Source: Catajapyx aquilonaris (lineage: Eukaryota). From it: a stretch of 43,501 bases of DNA. The notes below the pieces were generated by a model. That model made no database searches, was not told the origin of the DNA, and worked only from the letters and a program-made list of their open reading frames with translations. Within the stretch, counting starts at the first letter, position 1; each line of letters starts with the position of its first letter. The position numbers were made by a program, and so were the translations under genes. Positions 35,101 through 43,501 of this stretch are shown here, piece by piece. The stretch spans positions 186,001 to 229,501 of the forward strand of contig KZ537964.1 of assembly GCA_000934665.2 (NCBI GenBank), read 5' to 3'.

Positions 35101-38100
35101 TTTGTTCCCACTGCTCTGGTGGCTCCCAGGACTAAGCAGCGTGCTGGAGCTGTGATGCTCCTTGGTCTCCGTGCTGAACCCAGAGTCCTGAATCCCTCCG
35201 CTCCCTGTGGTGAGCCCACCGCCACCTTCATGTATGCACCTGGTCTTTCGTATCCTCAACTCTCCAGAAGACTTGGCGCTGGAGTTACTCCAGGTAGACT
35301 GCACCAGCTCATCCGATGTTTCATTCTCTGACTCCCTGGAGCCCAGGCTGCGTCCCACCTGCTGTTGCTGTTGTTGCTTCTTGCTCTTGTCCTTCTCCAG
35401 CACGGGTACCTGGGACTTCCTGCTGGTGACGGTACCTCCTACCCTTGGTGGGGCGGAGGACACCGTGGTGGGTGCCGGGAGGGGTGGGGACGGATCTGCG
35501 GTGGCCATTCCAACCCTTCCCTGCAGCTGAGGGAAGGTGGACATGACCAGCTCGCGGAACTCCAGGAGGCTCCCCACTTCATTTTGCAGGTCCTGGAAGG
35601 ACATACGACAATTCATGTAATTTCACTTAAACAGTCACGCCATTTTCGTACCCATTAAAACCCAACTATGCCTAGCATCCTACGTACAGGACACTTGTGA
35701 AGCTGTTCGATTTTTAGTAATTGTTATTCCTTTGCTAATTTAAAAATTAATGGTGGAATTTTCATCCCACTGGTAGTTACTGCTAACTTAGCAGTACCAG
35801 TGTTGGCAGTGGTACTGCTAAATTAGCAGTAACAAGCAGTGGGACAAAAATTCCACACTTAATATTTAAAAAAAAAAATAGCAAAAAATTATTCAGGCAC
35901 ATTTGGGTTCTGAAATCAACAATCACAAAATTGGGATTGATGCGGTGAAGAGGAAGTGAAATGTCAGAAGTTACTATTAGCGTACCCATGCAATACCTGT
36001 GTATCTTCTAATTACGGGTTCGCAACAGGCCCTTCAAAACCGAAAGTTTTACTTCACAGGGAAGCCCGTACCAGGTCACTTCCCCGACACCACAAACGAA
36101 TAATCTGCACAGTACAATCCCACCCCCCTCCTCCTCTTATTGGGGAACCATAAAGAAAACGCCATTAATTAAATCGCAATTACGGGTATCGAGGACAATG
36201 GGAAAGTGTGAAGGCATGTCCCACGCAACTCCTTCCGCCTCACTGACCTACATGTCAGGTCAGTGTGTGTAATTCCTGCCCAGGACACGTTGCACATGCA
36301 CAACTTTTGGGAGCTTCAGTCAAGATACACACACTTCGGTATGTGAGTCACACCAACTTGATTGCCTTCACCTTGGAAGCCGGTTCCGCTCCGATCATAT
36401 ATTGCTCGTGATGTCATTTTGATGAAATAAAAACACAACAAAAACTATTGCATCGCTTCACCTCGCCCTCGAATCGGGGGCCCCCTAATTACAGATACGT
36501 GCAAAAATTCCGCGAGCTACATATCGGCGAGATGCGAACAAGGTCAGTCGGGTATCGGTAGGGGGGGGGGGGAAATTACGTAATGTGATTAAGCTAGGTG
36601 TAATGCATTCTCAGGTTGGCAGGGTAAGGCTGTGATCGAATTGTTAGTTTTCTAGGAACCACTGGAGAAACTGGGAAGAATGGTCCCAAGGGCGTCATCT
36701 TGCCCCCCTGCCCCCCCAGTGNCCATGCGACCTTTTACCTTCTAGGGCGACTCAGAAGTCGTTCGACCCTTTTTTTTTTTCCACCCGTAGCGAATGTAAC
36801 ACATGTTACGTGTTCATACCAAGCATGCACCGACACAACTGTTGCATCCTACAATTTATATTCAGACAGCAAAAGTTCAATTTGGAAGAAAGAAAAAAAA
36901 AAAAACGCGAGAGTTTCCACCTGAAATATCGAGTGACTCCCACCCAATACGGGTTCAAAGTGCAAGGGCCCGTGTCAAAAAGTTCAACAGGGAATGTCGA
37001 TATCTCTGATTCACCCAGTAGCAAATAACCTCCGTAAAAAATTTATAAAAAAAAATCCGATCCTGCTCAGAATACATAAAACTGAATCCCACGTCTATTG
37101 AAAATTCATCAATCAAAAATTCCAGAATAGAAGAAGTATGATGGGAGGCAACCTTTCCATCTTATGGAAAATCGATATATCGACATCTTACGCAGCTAAA
37201 AGTTCACCTTTGACGCATTAACAATGCACTAGTTAATTAAACGAAAATTTCACCCTCCAACACAACTTCCAGTATATATGAATATTACATTAACTATTTC
37301 CGAGTGTGTGGGATGATAATGATGCAATATGGGAACATGCAAAGAATAGCATTCCTCACATGATTTCACAACATTACGGAACCAGATGTGTCGAGCACGT
37401 ACTGCCCGTACAGTGCAAAGAATGTGTGAATTTTCCGGATGCTACCTGGAGAGACTTTTGCCATTATTTACGTCCACGTTTAGATGCGGAAATTTATTTC
37501 GGACATCCCCCGAACAAACTTTCTCTTGGTTTTTGCATTCATGCCACTTGCACTAGAACGAATCGAAATACTGGGCTCATTGGGCATAAAATCGGGGCCG
37601 TGGAATTAATTACACAGCACAGATGCAAGGAATACTTTTGAAAAATTATTTTTATATACCCATACAACTGACACCAATAAAAATACAAAACTCAGGGTCT
37701 CCTAATTTCCAGTTCGATTGTTTTTTAGTTTGTTTCGTGTTTAGCCCCAATAAAAAAAAACGGTAGTTCCGGTACATCCTGAACACGAAATTCGTACAGG
37801 GGGGTTCAAATGTCGTTTTTGCAACGGACAAAACAAAGGAATCAACTTCGACCCTGGGCCCAAAGATTTTGCGGCGATTCCAGAAACCACAATGCAATTT
37901 CGCGAGTGACCCTTAAGTGATTTTGACTCTGACATGAGCTTGACCTAAATGGGATCCAAATAAGGAGTTTCACCCCCCACTGTTTGTAAGATAAATGCAC
38001 CCCCCTAATTCCAATTTCAAATGAGGATGAGCTCAAGGAAACCACTAGGCAAGGACTTACTGTACTTGTAGACCACAATTACATTGATCGAGGGTATTAT

Positions 38101-39335
38101 TTAAAAGGAGAAGGTGAAAACAGCGTTTTAAAATAAATGCTAGGTTTCACTTCGGAAACAAGACAATGGGTACATCAAAGTATAGATGAGGTATCGCTGG
38201 GAACATGACCCAGATTAGGTGCAAACAAGCCTTAAGTTAATTTACGCAGGGGGCGTTCAACGAGAGTACTTTCAAGCCTCTAGCATTATTATGACGGCAA
38301 TAAGTTGAAATTGATTGAATCCCGTTGACACCTCATGATATTGCCATTAGTAAATTAATGACGTTGTTGTTCCACATAATTGTGGCCCTCCACATTACTG
38401 GACCATCATATTAAACACTTCACGTGTCATACAGAGAAATTATTGGCATTCCTGCTGCCATCATCACTCCCTATATGATTTGCACAACTGGCATATATTT
38501 GCACAAAACAATAAAAATCTAAACGTCATAATTCACAACTTTTTATCGGCAAGTACGTTGCTGACTGCTGCACATCGGCAGTTCATTTTCATTTGCTGTC
38601 AGTCATTACAATAAATAATCATCGGAACTAAAGTCAACAAATTGTATCGTTGTTCTGGATGTTCCACAGGGTTTTCTGCTCTAATTCAACAATGCACTGA
38701 AACCTCGATCTATCGGTTTTCCCGGATCCATCGTTCAATTACTAGGGGCACTCCCGAATTTATAGTTTTCCCGCATCCATCGTTTTTGTCGGTACTCCTG
38801 GGAAAAACCGCAAACGAAAAGCGCAGGGGTGTACCTCAAATAAACATTGCTCATTAAAATATGAACAAAATAATAAATTGCTGTCAGTGCATTGCGCCAT
38901 CATTAAAACTGACGCCCAGTCATGCAAATAGCGCGACTCGGGGCGATGCCTCCACATTATTCCAGGCAGAAAAAAGGACTCAACATGTCCCCCAGCATGC
39001 AGAGGACTATTTTAAAGTCCGACTTAATCCGCCAGACACAAACGCAGGTGGAGCACACACCTCCTTTGTCTTGATGCACTTCCTGCACCCAACATGGGCC
39101 AACACCCGGATTCATCATAACCTAGGGTTTTTTCGTCCCTTACATAAAACCACCATGTTTTTCATGAAGGTCGCCCCCTTCCCTTTTGGCGTCCTTCCTC
39201 AGGGTGGGGATTATTCGTTTTTGTTTATGGTGTCGCACCTCTTGAGGGTGACCTTACCTGGAGATAGACGATAGACTTGGCCTGTTCATGGATGAGGTAC
39301 TGTAGAGGCCCCGGTATGCGGACATGCAGGTCCAT
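26175..39335 (-). CDS. Uncharacterised coiled-coil / low-complexity protein, about 781 aa
   Basis: Exons (minus): 39335-39258, 35592-35034, 33137-32254, 27919-27788, 26867-26175; total 2346 nt, in frame, all GT-AG. Starts MDLHVRIPGPLQYLIHEQAKSIVYLQ|DLQNEVGSLLEFRELVMSTFP, with an in-frame stop just upstream of the ATG. Several heptad-rich segments and Ser/Pro-rich linkers. An acceptor at 39359 implies further 5' UTR exon(s) to the right. Confidence 0.85.
28598..28817. repeat. 51-bp minisatellite, about 4.3 copies, intronic
   Basis: Unit AGAGCGTCGCTAGTGTAGCTTCAAACTTTGCCCAGCTTCACACTCCTGCCA starts at 28598, 28649, 28700 and 28751, with a partial copy near 28803. Confidence 0.97.
30996..31181. 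mobile_element. MITE-like hairpin with about 46-bp inverted arms and an internal 18-20 bp tandem repeat
   Basis: GAAATGAGTAAGGTAGCGGACTTGAAGTTCAAATTAGCCTGCAAGAG matches the reverse complement of the right end with 4 mismatches. AGGCGCTCCTGCCG occurs 4 times, at 31041, 31059, 31079 and 31099. Confidence 0.7.
35753..35856. repeat. Palindromic element with about 47-bp arms
   Basis: GTGGAATTTTCATCCCACTGGTAGTTACTGCTAACTTAGCAGTACCA and its near reverse complement, separated by 10 nt. Each arm is itself a small palindrome (TACTGCTAA.TTAGCAGTA). Confidence 0.8.
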
Positions 39336-39674
39336 TCTTCATAGTCCTTCAGGTAGGACCTAGAAAGGAGGAATATTAAAATTAATTACACTGATTACAC
39401 TATTATCGTCATCAATATGATGCAACAAGGCTCAATTTAAGGCGGAGAAATTTCGAGAAAAAAAGGTAAACTTTCCACAATGACCCCAAGCGTATTTTAC
39501 GACAAAATTGTTATAACGTGCCATTAGACCTTATGTAAGGCCATTTCGCAATATAAATATATATTTTTGTTATCCTTAGGATACACGAGCCATGAAATTA
39601 TTTTTTTTCATATAGAATTTACTACATATATGTGCAGACATGTGCGATGAACGAGCTGACCAAGCAAGTGTGAC

Positions 39675-39727
39675 GTATCAGGGGAATCGAACCCATAACC
39701 TTTCGTTTCGACCACTTACATAACCAC
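39675..39727 (-). mobile_element. Degenerate tRNA-derived SINE head
   Basis: Minus strand reads ...AAGGTTATGGGTTCGATTCCCCTG, a B-box/T-arm-like motif. No cloverleaf, tail or TSD recognised. Confidence 0.35.
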
Positions 39728-42700
39728 ATGTGAATTTTTATGTCGCCGGAAACATTAAATCACTTTTTTTTAAATGCATCTATACCAATGCGGAAAAAAA
39801 TTCGCTAAGAAATCCGCGACATGGTTCACACCTGTCGTCCCACTTGTTATATCCTCAAATGTCGTGGGAAAAACTTCACTTGTGCTATCCTACCGATCCA
39901 CAATCCGTTATCTCCAGAAAAAATATATATACAGCGAACATGGGATGAGAATAATTTCACCTACATTTTCACGCCAATACATGACTTTTCAGGCCACCAT
40001 GAACTTGCAAAAGTACCACTAAAAATTTTCACTTTGAAGGGGTTTCCCGGTGATTTATACGTCGCCTACTTTTTTATCATCCCCATTTTTTTATATTATA
40101 CATTTCGGTAATGTTACCATTCCTTTTGAGCCAGATAATGAACCGAGCATTGATTTTCTATTAGCCATAATTGTCACGAATAAGGTTAAATCTCAATCAA
40201 GTTCACGTGATTAGAGATTAGCAAGTAGGATGAGGCCAAAGCAGATACAACACTGTGAACTCATGTTATCTAGCTTCAAAGTGTAAGACACATATGCATG
40301 ACTTCATTCAACCAGGAAATTATCAGGGCGAGAGAGAGTGTGGAAAAAAAAACAGGAATAAGTGTGAACAAATGATGATGGTAATGATAGTTCGGTTTTC
40401 GTCTCCTCATCGTTCCAAATCACTACCGATGGGAACCAAAAAATAATAAAAATAAATATAGGGGGAAATGAGCCATGCTGACTAAATTACATGTGTGACA
40501 AAAGGTGGCACTAATGAGTTACGTGTTTTCAAATCGCACGTAGGTGCTGGGGAAGCAATTTGGCAGAGAGAAAGTCGGAAATTGCGCCGATTTTTATTAT
40601 TAGTTATTTAACATTCAAGCCACTCCTGGTCCGACGCACTTTCTAAAATAACAGTGTATCGACTCTATGAATTTCTGGATAATTTTTCCCCCCCGTTCCG
40701 ATGGTTAATTCGTCATTCCTGCGGCCTAACCATCCAGTCGGTTGCACACCAATGGCGTACGCAACTCTTTGCCGAGATGTGCGAATCACAATCTTCGTGT
40801 CTTTCTTTCAAACGGCGGAAAATTACGACTTTCGCAATTCCAAGTTTTTCATTCTCTCCCATGATAACGTGGCGTGATAGCCAAGTTAATAACACACCTT
40901 ACGTATGATGTGACTGATGTCGCAACAAGTTAATAATGCCTGAATCGTTGCATTTCAACTTAAGCATTTTGACCCCTCAGACTTCCCACCAATTTTTTAA
41001 AACTATTTTACGTAACCTCATCCAAGGTTACACGGGTCACTGCCCCTCACTTTCTCAATTACCATCCTACTATAAATGGTCCGCAGCACCCACCCGAAAA
41101 TGCGCAAAAAAAAACACGTCAATATCTGAAAAGGGTCATCTACCCTTTTTGGCAAACATACCCGCTCCCGGATGCTACCCTTGCTTTTTTAAAAAAAAAA
41201 TCAAACCCATTCATTTTCTCCCGCCCATCTACCATGCACTACTCTATTTCACAATCTGCTGGGCAAAGGGATGGCCATCCATGTCTTTTTGTAGTTGCTG
41301 GACCAAATCATGGAAATTGAAAGAAGTCCTGCAGCAACAAAACCCTCCCCTCGGGAAATGACCTAATGTAATTTGCAGACGAAGGTTAATGACTCTGGGA
41401 AGCAAATGAGCTGTTAAAGTCAACACGATACCTCCAGAGATTTCTGCTTTGAATCAATCGAAAGGTAGGTGTGATTTGTAGGTAATAAAACAAACCGCTA
41501 TGCGTGATATGACGGAACCAGACTTCGCATCCGGGGCCAAGTGGGAGAAAATCGCAATTATTGCAAACCGGTAGTGGCATGTTCATTAGTGATGTAATGG
41601 GCTGGCGAGTTTCCATGAAGGTCGTTTTGTATACCATGTATGCAGAATTTTGTTGGGGGTAGAGGGTGTTTTAATTAACGTGCATATATGTCTCAGAGAA
41701 TGGGCGTGGCTGGAGTAATGCACGAAAAACGCGCATAATCTGGGGCATATCTTGGTGATCCCTGTCTATTAGACAGGGTGAGTCACTGGGTTCATCAAAA
41801 ATGTGCATTCCTTAAAGACCACTGCCTGCCATCATTGTAACTAAATAGACTGGGTGCATCCTAAATTGAAGAAATTTCTGGCGACAAAACTGAAGCTGAT
41901 TTCTTTATCCAGCAGAACGATATGGATAGAAGCAGACAAATTGTTACTGAGGTAATTTTACGAACAAGCATGTGTGGAAGCAGCCTATGCTTAGTTGAGG
42001 TTGGGCGATAGAGGTGCAATGAAAATTATTAGTTCACGAATGTCGTGAGTGGTATGTCTGGTAGAAGAATCACAGGAGCAACGTTTCTAGTGTGATACTG
42101 CGGCTCAAGATGCAGCTTCCGTAAAGGAGGACCACTCCTTTGCCATGTTCCACTCTGTCTTATCATATAAATTATTAATTAATCGCACTTCCTACACAGG
42201 CTGTGCACCACAAAACATATAACAGTGTACTGCACACAAACATTAATCTTGCGCTCTAAATGTAATATTTACACATTAAAAACCATGATGATTAATCATC
42301 CACCTTCCTCCTTAAATCCCACGAGATTAGTAACCTAAAGCACAGCATCCAACCGCTTTCACCGGCACCATCTAACAAAGTGACTTGTTGCTGGCTACAC
42401 TATTAAAACGACTTACATTTTTCAAACCAGCGAAGCGCAAAACAAGCTCTGCCACCCCCTTTAAAATAAAAATAAAAAATCTTTTCCGGAAAGGAAGGGA
42501 AAAGGAATACACTGTAGGGGGTGGAATCCAGTTAAAAATATCCCTGACCAAACTAACAGTCTAGAAAGAGAGAGGGGACTACACAGAAAATCCCGTTTTA
42601 GGTCAGCGCCCGAATATAAAGTCGGTGGAAGGATGGTGAAAAAAAGAAGAAAGAATGGGGGTGGGATAATAACAAGGTACAAGGATTCAGGTAAGAGAAA

Positions 42701-43501
42701 AAGGGACCAAGAAAAAAAAACTGGTCCTGTACCCCCCCCTCACCATACACTGAACACACGGTGGGCGAAACCGAACTGGTCACTGACCACTCGAAAATGT
42801 GCATTGAACTCCCCGGATGCAGCTTCAAAAATCCGGACCGCAAAGGTATGCGCAAATTACTGTAATTTCATGATTAATTAGCACACTCCAGTTCAAAGAA
42901 ATGTTTTAAAAGAAATCAGCGTGACCATCAGGTTGATATTAGGCTGCAACTTCCTTACGCGTACATGGCAGACCATGTGTTGACATCAGTACCGGTATGT
43001 GCAATTAACGCTAATGTTATTAGTGAATGGCCCTAAATACATAAGATATGCAAGTGTACGGTCATGGCAGAAGGTTTTGAATAAACAAAGCGTCGCAGGC
43101 AGGGTGTGAAGAAAATTCTAAATTCCGCAAATGTCACGGCCAGAGGGGCCTCACATATGTTTATTGTAAGCAGGTCATTGGGCATGACAAACTCTTTTCT
43201 GAACCATAAAGGCACCGATTTTTTAAAAAATCTATATTTTACGTCACAAAAATAAATGACGACTTCCGATGTTACTCAGCGAAAATTTGAACTGCGTCAT
43301 ATGTACCATTCCGAGCAAAGAAGCACGTTTCTTGCTCACGTTACGCATGCTCAGCTTCAAATTCGGCCATAATGATGACCAAGCCCAATGACAAGGGCCA
43401 TTTGCATTCTCCAGTAATTACATTACTGCTTCCGGTGAGTCAACTGAGAAGATATAGTATTCTGTAAATTGCATTGATTTCATTTTCAAAAATACCAGCA
43501 C

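Noticed and set aside
69..39335. U12-type (AT-AC or GTATCCT) or GC-AG introns
   Set aside because: All donors I assigned are ordinary GT sites without the U12 consensus.
39400..43501. Additional genes at the right end
   Set aside because: Only short ORFs without homology or consistent exon chains. This is probably 5' intron or upstream region of the coiled-coil gene, and I could not place its first exon.

Overview
Eukaryotic, intron-rich genomic DNA from an invertebrate, probably an arthropod (judged from the style of the WAPL N-terminus; species not determinable). Four spliced protein-coding genes were reconstructed by hand from GT-AG boundaries and frame continuity. (1) The 5' part of the RNA polymerase III largest subunit gene (POLR3A/RPC1), minus strand, running off the left edge. 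(2) A complete WAPL cohesin-release factor gene, minus strand, about 1228 aa. (3) A complete polycystin-2 (PKD2/TRPP) channel gene, plus strand, divergent from WAPL. (4) A coiled-coil protein gene I cannot name, minus strand, about 781 aa, with a probable alternative last exon, convergent with PKD2. The main discovery is that PKD2 carries two separate pairs of tandemly duplicated exons (4a/4b and 6a/6b). All four exons are intact, and each pair is frame-incompatible if co-included. This predicts mutually exclusive splicing into up to four channels that differ only in the extracellular TOP domain and the S2-S3 helices; exon 4a is absent from the supplied ORF track. Non-coding DNA holds three mosaic SINE-type insertions with TSDs (two with tRNA-derived heads), a nested MITE/foldback/SINE stack in a WAPL intron, several small MITE-like inverted repeats and a 51-bp minisatellite. 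No transcript data or database searches were available, so all splicing claims are predictions.
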